Counted from the stretch's first letter, positions 1-10,273 are shown. The stretch: DNA of 64,000 bases from Candidatus Cloacimonadales bacterium (GCA_963665815.1 OY762463.1:2624001-2688000); one strand, 5' to 3'. The notes: a model not told the origin generated them from the sequence alone. Numbers and translations: made by a program.

Positions 1-25
1 AGAGCCTCCCGTGTTTGGAAAGGAG
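1..25 (+). ncRNA. 3' end of a Moco/Tuco (molybdenum/tungsten cofactor) riboswitch-like leader, truncated by the window edge
   Basis: GCCTCCCGTGTTTGGAAAGGAG closely matches the conserved 3' end of the Moco RNA motif (GCCUCCCGUAUUUGGAAAGG in the E. coli moaA leader) and lies directly upstream of an AOR-family gene. Confidence 0.75.
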
Positions 26-46
26 TTCAAACTAAAGGAGGTAGAT

Positions 47-1858
47 ATGAGTTTTCTTCTCGCAAATTCAAAACTTTTGAGAATTAATTTAACAACTGGA
101 AACATCACAACTGAGAACGTCAAAGAAGATTATTTCGAAAAATATCTTGGAGGACGAGGTTTGGGTACTAGAATTTTCTGTGATGAAGTAGACCCGAAAA
201 TTGCCCCCTTTGATGCTGACAACAAACTGATTTTTGCAAACGGTTTCCTGAGCGGAACTATAATGCCGACAGGCGGCAGATACATGGTTGTAACCAAGTC
301 ACCTCTAACAGGAACTATTGCTTCCAGTAACTCAGGTGGTTTTTTCGGTAATGAACTCCGCAGAGCAGGTATATCCGTAATAATATTTGAAGGAAAAGCA
401 GAAAAACCTGTGTATATCTCCATTGCAGATTCAGAAGTAAAGATTAATGATGCAGCCGAAGTATGGGGATTGGATACTCACAAAACAACAGACATCTTAT
501 CCGAAAAATTCGATAAAAAAGGCTGTAAAGTAGCATGTATAGGTCCTGCCGGAGAAAATCTGTCTAAGGTGGCTGCGATAATCAATGATAAAGGCAGAGC
601 AGCGGGAAGAAGTGGAGTTGGAGCAGTAATGGGTTCAAAGAACCTTAAAGCTATTGTAGTGAAAGGTTCAGATAATCATGAGCTTAATGCGGAAACAGGA
701 TTCAGAGAAACTGCAAAGAAGCATGTGGGTATGTTGAAGGCTCATCCTGTTACAGGAGAAGGTCTGCCTGCACTTGGAACAAAAGTTCTGGATAATATTA
801 TAAACTCTACAGGATTGTATCCTACCAGAAACTTCCAGTTTGCGACCTTTAAGAATGTGGAAGAGGTTAGTGGTGAAGCTCTGGTGGAAAAAAACTATCT
901 CAAGAAAAACAAAGCCTGTTTCGCCTGTCCGATTTCCTGTGGTAGAGATGTTGTTCTGCCAAATGGGCACAAAGGTGAAGGACCAGAATATGAAAGTGGC
1001 TGGTGTTTTGGTGCTGCCTGTGATGTAGACGACCTGATTGCAATTACTGAGGCTAATTTCCTCTGTAATGAGCTTGGTCTGGATACTATCTCAACAGGAG
1101 TAACAATTGCTACGGCGATGGAATTATATGAAAAAGGCTATATCCCTAAAGAAGATCTGGAGCATATGACAGTCCCACGCTGGGGAAGTTCGGAAGCTGT
1201 TGTATATTATACTAAAGCAATGGCGTACAGAGAAACAAAACTTGCGGACAAAATGGCTGAGGGTGCATACAGATTGGCAGCGTATTATGGTCATCCGGAA
1301 CTGGCAATGGTCGTTAAGAAACAGGAATTACCTGCTTATGATCCGCGTGGTGTTCAAGGCCACGGTCTGCAGTATGCAACCTCAAACCGGGGCGGTTGTC
1401 ACGTAAGAGGTTACATGATATCTCCTGAGGTACTCGGAGTGCCGGAAAAACTTGATACACAGCAGATAGAAGGTAAAGCTCTCTGGGTAAAAATATTCCA
1501 GGATCTGACTGCAGCTATTGATTCACTCGGACTGTGTCTGTTTACATCTTTTGCTCTGGGAGCAGGAGAATATGCTGAAGAAGTAAATGCTGCAGCAGGC
1601 ACAAAACTTTCTGCCGATGATATACTTACAATAGGTGAGAGAATCTGGAATCTGGAACGTAAATTTAACATTGAAGCAGGTATTTTGCCTGATCAGGATA
1701 CACTTCCTGCCAGATTTGATGAACCGTTACCTGATGGTCCACAGAAAGGTGCTAAAACCAGATTCAGAGAAATATTACCTGAGTACTACAGTCTGCGAGG
1801 CTGGGACGAAAAAGGATATATTCCTGAAGAAAAATTGAAAGAGTTAGAAATAGATTAA
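47..1858 (+). CDS. aor: Aldehyde:ferredoxin oxidoreductase (tungstopterin AOR family)
   Basis: YLGGRGLG, KSPLTG..SNSGG, GRSGVGAVMGSKNLKA, CFACPISC, GPEYE, LGLDTIS, YDPRG and RGGCH motifs; ATG at 47 follows a GGAGG RBS. Confidence 0.95.
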   Translation: MSFLLANSKLLRINLTTGNITTENVKEDYFEKYLGGRGLGTRIFCDEVDPKIAPFDADNKLIFANGFLSGTIMPTGGRYMVVTKSPLTGTIASSNSGGFFGNELRRAGISVIIFEGKAEKPVYISIADSEVKINDAAEVWGLDTHKTTDILSEKFDKKGCKVACIGPAGENLSKVAAIINDKGRAAGRSGVGAVMGSKNLKAIVVKGSDNHELNAETGFRETAKKHVGMLKAHPVTGEGLPALGTKVLDNIINSTGLYPTRNFQFATFKNVEEVSGEALVEKNYLKKNKACFACPISCGRDVVLPNGHKGEGPEYESGWCFGAACDVDDLIAITEANFLCNELGLDTISTGVTIATAMELYEKGYIPKEDLEHMTVPRWGSSEAVVYYTKAMAYRETKLADKMAEGAYRLAAYYGHPELAMVVKKQELPAYDPRGVQGHGLQYATSNRGGCHVRGYMISPEVLGVPEKLDTQQIEGKALWVKIFQDLTAAIDSLGLCLFTSFALGAGEYAEEVNAAAGTKLSADDILTIGERIWNLERKFNIEAGILPDQDTLPARFDEPLPDGPQKGAKTRFREILPEYYSLRGWDEKGYIPEEKLKELEID

Positions 1859-1864
1859 AAAAAC

Positions 1865-1887
1865 AGGGCTTCCGTTCAGGGAGCCCT
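1865..1887 (+). terminator. Hairpin terminator after aor
   Basis: AGGGCTTCC-GTTCA-GGGAGCCCT stem-loop just after the stop codon. Confidence 0.6.
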
Positions 1888-1907
1888 TAACTTATTAATG
1901 TCAAAGA

Positions 1908-2053
1908 TTTTGACTCCGCTCTATCAATTTAACTTACTGATAAAGATAGAGTTGGAAGTTTCCTGAGTCCCGATGAAGTCGGGAAAGGAAATATACTTTG
2001 AACAAAAAAAAATCAAAATTGCGTTTTTACACACTGTGAACGGAGTCGAAGGG
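1908..2053. repeat. Degenerate REP-like palindromic cluster
   Basis: GACTCCG (1912-1918) pairs with CGGAGTC (2041-2047); internal hairpins CTCTATC..GATAGAG and TTTCCT-GAG-TCCCGATGAAGTCGGGA-AAGGAAA. Confidence 0.5.
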
Positions 2054-2104
2054 AATATGGCTTGAGCATGCAGATTTCCATAAAATGTCGCATGAAGGTT
2101 AAAT

Positions 2105-2383
2105 ATGATTACAATAAAATTTTTCAGTTTGTTGAGGCTTTTAATAAAAAAATCTGAACAGGTTTTGGAAGTAAAAGAGATTAAACTGCTTGATCTTCTT
2201 AAAAGGTCACAGGAGGAAATTTCAACTCAGTTCATTCATAAACTGATTGATGAAAATGAATCTCTTATAACAGGTACAATAATACTGGTGAACGGAAAAA
2301 ACGTGCATCATCTGCAAAAGCTTAATACAATAGTGCAGGATGGAGATCTTGTATCATTATTCCCACCCGGTGGCGGTGGATGA
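2105..2383 (+). CDS. MoaD/ThiS family sulfur-carrier protein
   Basis: Ubiquitin-like size, ILVNG motif and C-terminal DGD.VSLFPPGGGG. Confidence 0.92.
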   Translation: MITIKFFSLLRLLIKKSEQVLEVKEIKLLDLLKRSQEEISTQFIHKLIDENESLITGTIILVNGKNVHHLQKLNTIVQDGDLVSLFPPGGGG

Positions 2384-3069
2384 TGAATAAACAAGAGCTG
2401 TTCTCAAGAACTACAATATTTACAGGCAGTGATCAACTGGAGACTCTGCAGAATTCAACTGTTCTGGTGGCAGGTGTGGGTGGACTTGGCTGTGTTGTAA
2501 GTCATCTTTTGGTCAGAAGGGGGATAGGGAGGATAATCCTGCTGGACTGCAAGCAAATAGATTTGCCTGACCTGAACAGACAGATGCTGTATACATCTGA
2601 AGATCTGGGTAGAAACAAAGTTGAAGCTGCAACAGATTTTCTTCAGAAAGTACATCCATATACTGAAGTTGAAAAAGTGCATGCTGTAATTTCAGATTCA
2701 AACGAATTTTCAGATATAATCAGTAAACTGGATTTTGATTTGATTGCAGATTGTCTCGACAACTATGAATCAAGATTTGTTCTGGAGAAGTTTCTGAGAA
2801 ATGATTGCCAATATCTTGTCCATGGTGGAGTCAGCCATGATTTCGGACAGGTAACATCAATAAGAAAAGGAATGAGCATGCGTAGTCTGTATTCCGGAGT
2901 AAAGGAATCAGATGGAGTTATTCCTGTCATTCCGGAAATCGTGAATATTATTGGCAGCCTTATGGTTAAGGAAATTATCAATTGTCTTTCAAATGAACCT
3001 GAATTATTACAGAAACTTCTAATAATGGAACTTTCAGACTTTTCATCATTTATTGTAGACTGGTGTTAA
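2380..3069 (+). CDS. ThiF/MoeB/HesA family adenylyltransferase (E1-like)
   Basis: VAGVGGLG, DLNRQ, GRNKVEAA and DCLDN..SR motifs; overlaps the MoaD stop codon. Confidence 0.92.
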   Translation: MMNKQELFSRTTIFTGSDQLETLQNSTVLVAGVGGLGCVVSHLLVRRGIGRIILLDCKQIDLPDLNRQMLYTSEDLGRNKVEAATDFLQKVHPYTEVEKVHAVISDSNEFSDIISKLDFDLIADCLDNYESRFVLEKFLRNDCQYLVHGGVSHDFGQVTSIRKGMSMRSLYSGVKESDGVIPVIPEIVNIIGSLMVKEIINCLSNEPELLQKLLIMELSDFSSFIVDWC

Positions 3070-3246
3070 AAAAAATCAATTCAATTAATTCTTACATACA
3101 CAAAAAATCTTGACTTATTGAATACTGCTCAGTAATAATAACGTTATGATATTATTATTGTTGAAAACATTTCAATATCATTGGTAATAAAAGTATACAC
3201 CCTAAAAAGAACTAATCATTATTTCTTATATTTTTAAGGAGTTAAA

Positions 3247-4032
3247 ATGAAAAAAATTATAGCTGTTTATATTTTGTTTTCTTTTACTATTTTTGCCTTT
3301 GCAGGTACTACTATTGAGAAAATAACCAGGAGACTTGATGCCTCAGAAACGTTTTACAAATCGTTCGGAGATATAAAAGATGCAGAGAACTGCAATCTGA
3401 TGATCAGGCATTTTATTGCTGACTTCGAATATTTCATGAAAGGCTTTCAGAATTTACTGGAGGATGAGATGAGTAGAGCGCTTAATGGGGACGTTCAGGT
3501 TGATCAGGATGTTCAGACTCAATCATATCGATTTGATCATTTAACTGATATTGTAATCGACAAAATAACTTTATTCAGAGGTGACAAAGAGTTGGAGAAA
3601 AGTCTGGATGAACTTAACAAATTAGGTAAGTCATTCAACTCAAAAATAGAAGTAACTTCGAAGCTTAGTCAAACCGGAAATCTGGAACAGGATTTGTTTA
3701 CTGCTATGGATAAGCTTGCTGCACTGTCTGTTGAAATGGATAAGATTGTAACAGCAGATGACTGTGTAAAGGTTATAGAAAAATTGAATAGCAGGTTTGC
3801 CGAAGTTGCGAATTTAATATTGAAAGTAGCTAACAAATACGGCAATATGAATGATGTCCCGAAATCTTTTAATGATGAGTTCGAGTTGAAATCAAAAAAA
3901 ATGAATGAAATGATGGGTAAATTTCCGGATGCTGTTGCAAGGTTCAAAGATAGTGATGTAGTCATAAAGTCAGTACAGGCATTTCAGAAAACTGCAAATA
4001 CCTGGGACAGCAGACTGAGAAAATTCTATTAA
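3247..4032 (+). CDS. Hypothetical secreted alpha-helical protein
   Basis: Signal peptide MKKIIAVYILFSFTIFAFA; AAGGAG RBS; amphipathic helical pattern. Confidence 0.8.
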   Translation: MKKIIAVYILFSFTIFAFAGTTIEKITRRLDASETFYKSFGDIKDAENCNLMIRHFIADFEYFMKGFQNLLEDEMSRALNGDVQVDQDVQTQSYRFDHLTDIVIDKITLFRGDKELEKSLDELNKLGKSFNSKIEVTSKLSQTGNLEQDLFTAMDKLAALSVEMDKIVTADDCVKVIEKLNSRFAEVANLILKVANKYGNMNDVPKSFNDEFELKSKKMNEMMGKFPDAVARFKDSDVVIKSVQAFQKTANTWDSRLRKFY

Positions 4033-4052
4033 TTACATTAAAGGTTCAAATA

Positions 4053-6638
4053 ATGAGAAAATCCATTTTCATAATTCTGATATTCACTTTCGCATTACTG
4101 CATGGAGAAGTCTTTAATCCTGTAAATCCCGAAGTTCACTCTCTTGTCTGGAAATCTGTTACAGATCCGGAAGTAGTTTACTTCATGGACAGACTTGGGT
4201 TGAGACCGGAGAATTTCGCTGAAACATACTACCAGACATACAAATGCGATTCTTATGAAGTTCAGGTAATGCTTAAGAAAGACAAAATCTGGAATATCAA
4301 GTATACTTTTCCTGATCCGATGACTGCTGAAAAGACTTCCGAACCAATTATGAAGTACTATGGACTATCTCATATTTATGAAGAACCGGACCATAAAATA
4401 TGGAAAGATGATGATGACAGATTTGGAGAGGGGAGTATTGAATACGTTAAAAAGAATAATGAGGATTTTCTTACACTTGCAAGACTTGATGATAATAATA
4501 AGGAAATAATTGAAGTTTACTACGCAAAACAAGATGATAAATACATTGTCAATCTTATATATGTCTACGGTGAATTTCCCAAAGAATATAAGAAAGAATG
4601 GGCAATGGAGGCTGAGAATTACTACTCTACAATCTCTGAAGAAAGAAAAAAAGATATAGAAAATGCATTCTCAGATGACCCGGAAGTAAAAAAAGCTGTC
4701 GCCCAAAAAGCGAAGAAACTACCTAAGCCGAAAATTGCTGCCCGAATCGATCCAGAATTAGCTGCTGAAGCTGAAAAAAGGGAGAGAATGGAATCAGTTA
4801 TCACAATCTGGGATGATTACATCATTGATAACTGGAAAATTACAGAGCTGACGAAGTTATTCTCACTCACAAACATAAGTGTTGATGATCTGAAAATGCT
4901 GATAGATAAGTTTGGCTTCACTAAATCATATTACGAAAAATATACACATCCTGAAAAGAAATACTCTTTTCAGTTTACAAAAAACGATGAGAGTTTTTAT
5001 CTCTCAAAAATCGAAATCCCTGTTACTTATGGAGATTCTTTTCCTTCTATAGGTCTCGAAGAGGAAGTTACCCTTGAAAAACTGGAGAAAAAGTACGGAT
5101 TATGCTGGTACAAGAACATAAATTTATCACCATATACTATTCATGCTTCCGGACATTCATCTCAAAAGAAATATAACATGGATTTCTCATTTGAAAGAAA
5201 AGCGTACTCAGATATAATCAATAAAATTGAGATTACTCTGAATGACAAAGAGTATCGTGAATTCGACGGACAAATAACATTTAAAAAAGGCGAATCTCTC
5301 TGGGGGGATTGTGAAAACGGGAAAGGCATATACAAGTATACAAACGGCAAATGGGTTGTCGGATTATTCAAAGATGGAAAGAAAACTCATGGATATGCAG
5401 AAGATTATGACCCATTAAAGGTTGTAGAAGAAATTGGTTATCAGGATAGACATCCCTGTTCATTTGCACGCAGAATTGATAATTCTGTCTGGGGGAAACT
5501 TCTAACTCATAAGATCGGTTTATCAGCCATGACCTGGGCTTTTAACAAGAAAGACTATACGAAAGAAGACTGGGATATACTGAAAAAGAATTACTGGTTT
5601 AAGCATGACTCCGGAGTATACAGGTCTCCGGATGGTAAGATTTCTCTTATAGCTCCTACCAATGGACATTACATTAAGGAGATTGCTTTAAATATAGATA
5701 ATGAAAATGATTTAAAATCCCTTGGTCTGGCGAAGCATTACTCCAAGCAGGAACTTGAGAGAATATACGGATATGAGTACATCGGATATAGCAGCTCATA
5801 CAGAACAATTATGATTCCTGAAGGTGACGAGGATAAGAATAACCACATTATAATGGTCCTGGGTCTGAACACAGCGGAGAATAAAATAACAAAAGCCCAA
5901 CTCAGCCCAATTAATCCGGAAAAAATTATCGTAGGTAAAACACTCAGGTATATCGCAACCGGAATTGTGAATAAACCCGGAGTTACTTATCAATTTGCGG
6001 ATGGACCACGATTTGTTGGAACTGTTCGGGGAGGTATTCCATTTACCGGGACAATCTTTGACTATATGACTGATACAAGTTTAATGACTCTCAGGTCATA
6101 TAAACCGGATCAGGGATTTGCACCGGCATTTATTGCCAATGCAGAGAAAATGAGAGATCCACTGCTGAAGCATATGGATAGATTTGCAATTGAAATCAAT
6201 GCATTCAGAGAAGATGAAAAAGAAATGGCACTTAGTATGGAAGGTTATATGGAAAAACCGGAAGAATCGGAATTCTATTCAGGGTGGATTAAGGAATCTG
6301 CCACCAAAGCTGAAAAGCATATTAAAAAAGCCAGGCTGCACATGGACAACATTTTTGATCTTGTCGGAAAAGCTGATCTGGAGTGTAATATTGCTTCAAC
6401 CCATATTGCAGAGATATATACAAGTTTATCCTATTTCCAGGATCTTATTGGTACTGCCAGAAAACTTGCTCAGAATAATAGAGAAAGAGCATATAAATAT
6501 AAGGAAGTTCTGGAAAAGTACAATAAGTATGACAAGCAGATGAGAGGAGCCTATGACAGCTTGATATCTGATCTGGAAAACTGTGGATATTTCAATAAAA
6601 TGTATGAAATGGGAAAGAAGGAAATGGATAAAGAATAA
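4053..6638 (+). CDS. Large secreted protein of unknown function, tandem paralogue 1 (central MORN-like GDCENGKG motif)
   Basis: 861-aa ORF with signal peptide; colinear with the downstream 855-aa ORF. Confidence 0.85.
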   Translation: MRKSIFIILIFTFALLHGEVFNPVNPEVHSLVWKSVTDPEVVYFMDRLGLRPENFAETYYQTYKCDSYEVQVMLKKDKIWNIKYTFPDPMTAEKTSEPIMKYYGLSHIYEEPDHKIWKDDDDRFGEGSIEYVKKNNEDFLTLARLDDNNKEIIEVYYAKQDDKYIVNLIYVYGEFPKEYKKEWAMEAENYYSTISEERKKDIENAFSDDPEVKKAVAQKAKKLPKPKIAARIDPELAAEAEKRERMESVITIWDDYIIDNWKITELTKLFSLTNISVDDLKMLIDKFGFTKSYYEKYTHPEKKYSFQFTKNDESFYLSKIEIPVTYGDSFPSIGLEEEVTLEKLEKKYGLCWYKNINLSPYTIHASGHSSQKKYNMDFSFERKAYSDIINKIEITLNDKEYREFDGQITFKKGESLWGDCENGKGIYKYTNGKWVVGLFKDGKKTHGYAEDYDPLKVVEEIGYQDRHPCSFARRIDNSVWGKLLTHKIGLSAMTWAFNKKDYTKEDWDILKKNYWFKHDSGVYRSPDGKISLIAPTNGHYIKEIALNIDNENDLKSLGLAKHYSKQELERIYGYEYIGYSSSYRTIMIPEGDEDKNNHIIMVLGLNTAENKITKAQLSPINPEKIIVGKTLRYIATGIVNKPGVTYQFADGPRFVGTVRGGIPFTGTIFDYMTDTSLMTLRSYKPDQGFAPAFIANAEKMRDPLLKHMDRFAIEINAFREDEKEMALSMEGYMEKPEESEFYSGWIKESATKAEKHIKKARLHMDNIFDLVGKADLECNIASTHIAEIYTSLSYFQDLIGTARKLAQNNRERAYKYKEVLEKYNKYDKQMRGAYDSLISDLENCGYFNKMYEMGKKEMDKE

Positions 6639-6664
6639 TTCATCCAAAACATACAAGGTAAAGA

Positions 6665-9232
6665 ATGAGAAAAACAATTATATGCGTTTTGTTTCTAATT
6701 TCATTAATTACTCTGTTTGCAGAGTTTGATCCAATATCTCCGGAGATTCAATCTTTGATAGGGAAACCTGTAACAGACCCGAAAGTAATCTACGTCATGG
6801 ATAAAATTGGACTAATACCCGAAAAATTCGCTGATACTTCTTATCAGACATATAAAGCAGATAATTATGAATTACTGATAATGCTGAAAAAAAATAAAAT
6901 ATGGTATATAACGCTAACTTTTCGTAATCCTGAAACTGCTGAGAAAGCTTCTAAACCAATTCTTAAACACTATGGTATACCTTATGTTTATCAAGAGCCT
7001 GATCACAAGAAATGGAAAGATGGAAATGATTATCTGGGTGATGGAACAATTGAGAACACATTAAAGTATGGTGGAAATCACTTAGTATTGTATCACTATA
7101 AAGATAAAAATGATATTATCAGCCAGATATACTATAATAAACATGATGATAAGTATGTTGTTGGTTTGATATATATTTATGGTGAGTTCCCCAGAAAATA
7201 CAAGAAAAAATGGCAGGACGATGCTGACAAATACTATTCTACAATATCTGATGAGAGAAAAGCAGATATTGCAAATGCATTCTCAGCTGACCCTGAAGTT
7301 AAAAAAGCTGTTGCACAAAAAGTGGAAAAATTATCTAAAATGAAAATTGCTGCTCAGGTTGATCCCGTTATTGCTGCAAAAGTAGAGAAAATGAAAAAAA
7401 TGGCATCTGTTGTGACAATATGGGATGAGTATCTTAAAGATGAATGGAAAATTTTAGAACTGATCAGGATGTTTTCTCTTACAAATATCAGTGATAATGA
7501 CCTTCAAATGCTGATAGATAAGTTTGGATTTGATAGATCATACACCTATTATACGCATCCGGACAAAAAGTATAGACTAATTATTGAGCATGCTGGTGAT
7601 AGTTATAGATTAACAAAAATTGAGATTCTTACTCAATATGGAGATACTTATCCATCAATTGGACTTGATGAGAAAGTAACGCTTGATTATCTTGAGAGTA
7701 AATTTGGATTATGCTGGTATAAATATTCAAATGAGTCACCTTATGAAGTCTTTGCCTCTGGAAATAAGGATAATTCCGATCATAACATCAAGTTTCAATT
7801 TGTTCGAGGAGCATATGAAAAAAAAATTAAAAGAATTTCTATCGAATTGACTAATCGAGAAGGTTTTTTACTTGATGGGAATATCAATTTTCTAACTGGT
7901 GGATGCTTGTGGGGAGATTGTGAAAACGGTAAAGGAATATATCAATATACTAATAACAAATGGGTTGTCGGTTTATTTAAGGATGGAAAGAAAACTCATG
8001 GTATTCCTGAAGATTATAATGCAGAGAAAATTCTTGAGGAAATTGATTATCAGAAAAAAAATCCATGTTCCTGGGCAAGAAGACTTGATAATTCTGTCTG
8101 GGCCAAACTATTGTACAAGGAGAATGGAATTTCTGCCATAACTCTGGCATTCAATAAGAGAGATTTTTCTCATGAGGACAGAGATATATTATTAAACAAC
8201 TACTGGTTCAAATATGAGTATAACTGGTATAAATCACCTGATGGGAAGATATCTTTTGAAGTCCCCAAAAACAGCAATTACATTCATCAGATGGTTATTC
8301 ACATTAATACACTTGAAGATCTTCAATCTTTTGGTTTTGAAAGACATTATTCCAAACAGGAACTGGAGAGCATGCTTGGATATGAATATGTAAGGTATTC
8401 CAATAGTTTTAATGCTGTATTGGTGCCGAAGGATGATCCTGATAGGAATAATCATCTTCAGATTAGTTTGGGACTGAATACTACAAAAAATACAATTACA
8501 AGTGTTACATTAAGACCCTTCAACAAGGAAAAGATTCACATAAGCAATACACTTGTTTTTCTAAAAACAGGTTCTCTTGAGAGACCTGATGTAACATTTC
8601 AGTTTGCGGATGGACCCAGATTCATTGGAAAAACATTTATGGGTATTCCCTGGACCGGAACAATATATGCCTATCATAGAGACATAGACTTCATGAATCT
8701 TCAGTCCGGTAAACCTGATAGAGGTTTTGCTCCGGAATTTATCAGAAAAGCTGAAGAAAATGCTGATCCCGCTTTCAAAGCTATAAACAAGTTTACGCGA
8801 TTAATGGAAGCATATAGAGAAGATGAGATGACGATGCTTGAGCACCTTACAAATCTTGCAGAACACCCTGAGGATAACGATAAATATAAGCGTGCGGTTC
8901 TTGATGCCTGCAAGAAAGCTGAATACAAACTAATTGATGCTCGCAGTACATTTAACATTGTATTTGTAAATGTTGAGAGAAGTGAATTAGACTGTAAGAT
9001 TGCTTCAACAGAAATAGCTAGGATTTTTACCAGTCTTTCCTACTTTAGAGAAGTTCTTGATACTGCCAGAAAGCTGGTTAAGCAGAATGGTAAGAAGACT
9101 CCGGAAGATGAAAAGATAATGAATGGTTACGAAGAGTATGATAAGCAAATAGTTAAATCTTATGACAGTCTTGTCTCAGCTTTATTTGATTGTGGATTTT
9201 TCCAACGAGATCCTGAGAAGTGGAGTAAATAA
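6665..9232 (+). CDS. Large secreted protein of unknown function, tandem paralogue 2
   Basis: 855-aa ORF with signal peptide; shares EPDHK.WKD, YIYGEFP, WGDCENGKGIY, QFADGPRF and SLSYF blocks with 4053..6638. Confidence 0.85.
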   Translation: MRKTIICVLFLISLITLFAEFDPISPEIQSLIGKPVTDPKVIYVMDKIGLIPEKFADTSYQTYKADNYELLIMLKKNKIWYITLTFRNPETAEKASKPILKHYGIPYVYQEPDHKKWKDGNDYLGDGTIENTLKYGGNHLVLYHYKDKNDIISQIYYNKHDDKYVVGLIYIYGEFPRKYKKKWQDDADKYYSTISDERKADIANAFSADPEVKKAVAQKVEKLSKMKIAAQVDPVIAAKVEKMKKMASVVTIWDEYLKDEWKILELIRMFSLTNISDNDLQMLIDKFGFDRSYTYYTHPDKKYRLIIEHAGDSYRLTKIEILTQYGDTYPSIGLDEKVTLDYLESKFGLCWYKYSNESPYEVFASGNKDNSDHNIKFQFVRGAYEKKIKRISIELTNREGFLLDGNINFLTGGCLWGDCENGKGIYQYTNNKWVVGLFKDGKKTHGIPEDYNAEKILEEIDYQKKNPCSWARRLDNSVWAKLLYKENGISAITLAFNKRDFSHEDRDILLNNYWFKYEYNWYKSPDGKISFEVPKNSNYIHQMVIHINTLEDLQSFGFERHYSKQELESMLGYEYVRYSNSFNAVLVPKDDPDRNNHLQISLGLNTTKNTITSVTLRPFNKEKIHISNTLVFLKTGSLERPDVTFQFADGPRFIGKTFMGIPWTGTIYAYHRDIDFMNLQSGKPDRGFAPEFIRKAEENADPAFKAINKFTRLMEAYREDEMTMLEHLTNLAEHPEDNDKYKRAVLDACKKAEYKLIDARSTFNIVFVNVERSELDCKIASTEIARIFTSLSYFREVLDTARKLVKQNGKKTPEDEKIMNGYEEYDKQIVKSYDSLVSALFDCGFFQRDPEKWSK

Positions 9233-9311
9233 TTAAACTTTTTCGTCTTAGTTTTACAATGTTAACATTGCCAGTTAATGCTCGATTACATTTTTTGTGT
9301 ACGGAGGTACA

Positions 9312-10271
9312 ATGAAAAAATTCATCGATGTGTTATTATGGCTGTTAATTGCTGTAATGTTTGTTTTATCGGTTTTTAGTGCATTTCTGGGAAGTATTTT
9401 AGTTGTTATGCTTTTTTCATCAATAATAGTGTTCCTGATCCCCCCTGTAAGGCGTGTCATTTTCCCAAAGATGTTTAAAGATAAGGATACACTTAAACTC
9501 AGAACTTTATTTTCTGTATTATATGTCGCTATAATCGCAACAATAATCTTCATTATTCTTCAGGGAGCAGATTTCAGTAAACTCAATCCCTACACTGGTC
9601 CTTACAAATTCAAGAAGCCGGCAAGGTACTTTGAAGGAACTCTGGTGGTCGATCGGGATAATGAGTACGTTTCTATGGAAATAACAACAAATGCACCGGA
9701 CAATGCTTTTTTCGAGCTTTCCATGGTTAATGATGACCAGAAGGTGATCAGTTCAATAGAGAGTGTATTGAATGGAAAGATAAACAGGGAGTTTACAATA
9801 CCGGAGGAATGGGGAACATCGCTTGTTTTATGTAATGCTGTAATGCCTTTTAACTTTCCCAGCGTTAAGCAACCGGATGCTGTCAAAAAGATATATGGGA
9901 TCAATGGCAGTAAAATGGATAGTCCCCTGGCAGAAGCAAACAACCTGAATGGATTTAACGGTGTGCTGAGGGCTCAGTATTTTACATATCCGGACAATAT
10001 ATCATATATTGATAAAGCTATAAAGAAAATTGTGAATGAAAGTGATCTTCTGGATGCAATTTATCCTGAGTCAGAAATGATGGACTGGACAGCTCCAATT
10101 GTTGTGTTTTCAATAGAATGGGATTCTCTCGAATCGTCTGAGAAGAAACAAATTTGTACAGATTTTGAAAAGGACCTTAAGCAATTCCTGAAGCAGCATG
10201 CGGAAGTGCCGAAAATCGACGTCAGGTTCATTGATTATCAGGGAAATGTAATTCAGGTTTCAGAATTATAA
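9312..10271 (+). CDS. Hypothetical membrane-anchored protein (about 3 N-terminal TM helices plus a soluble domain)
   Basis: GGAGG RBS before ATG 9312; hydrophobic N-terminal segments. Confidence 0.8.
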   Translation: MKKFIDVLLWLLIAVMFVLSVFSAFLGSILVVMLFSSIIVFLIPPVRRVIFPKMFKDKDTLKLRTLFSVLYVAIIATIIFIILQGADFSKLNPYTGPYKFKKPARYFEGTLVVDRDNEYVSMEITTNAPDNAFFELSMVNDDQKVISSIESVLNGKINREFTIPEEWGTSLVLCNAVMPFNFPSVKQPDAVKKIYGINGSKMDSPLAEANNLNGFNGVLRAQYFTYPDNISYIDKAIKKIVNESDLLDAIYPESEMMDWTAPIVVFSIEWDSLESSEKKQICTDFEKDLKQFLKQHAEVPKIDVRFIDYQGNVIQVSEL

Positions 10272-10273
10272 AA

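Noticed and set aside
11..46. N-terminal extension of AOR from the GTG at 11
   Set aside because: It lies within the riboswitch-like sequence; ATG 47 has a proper GGAGG RBS
1945..1992. Possible hammerhead ribozyme (CTGA/GATGA..GAAA-like words)
   Set aside because: No intact CUGAnGA core with correctly placed stems was found; a REP-like hairpin explains it better
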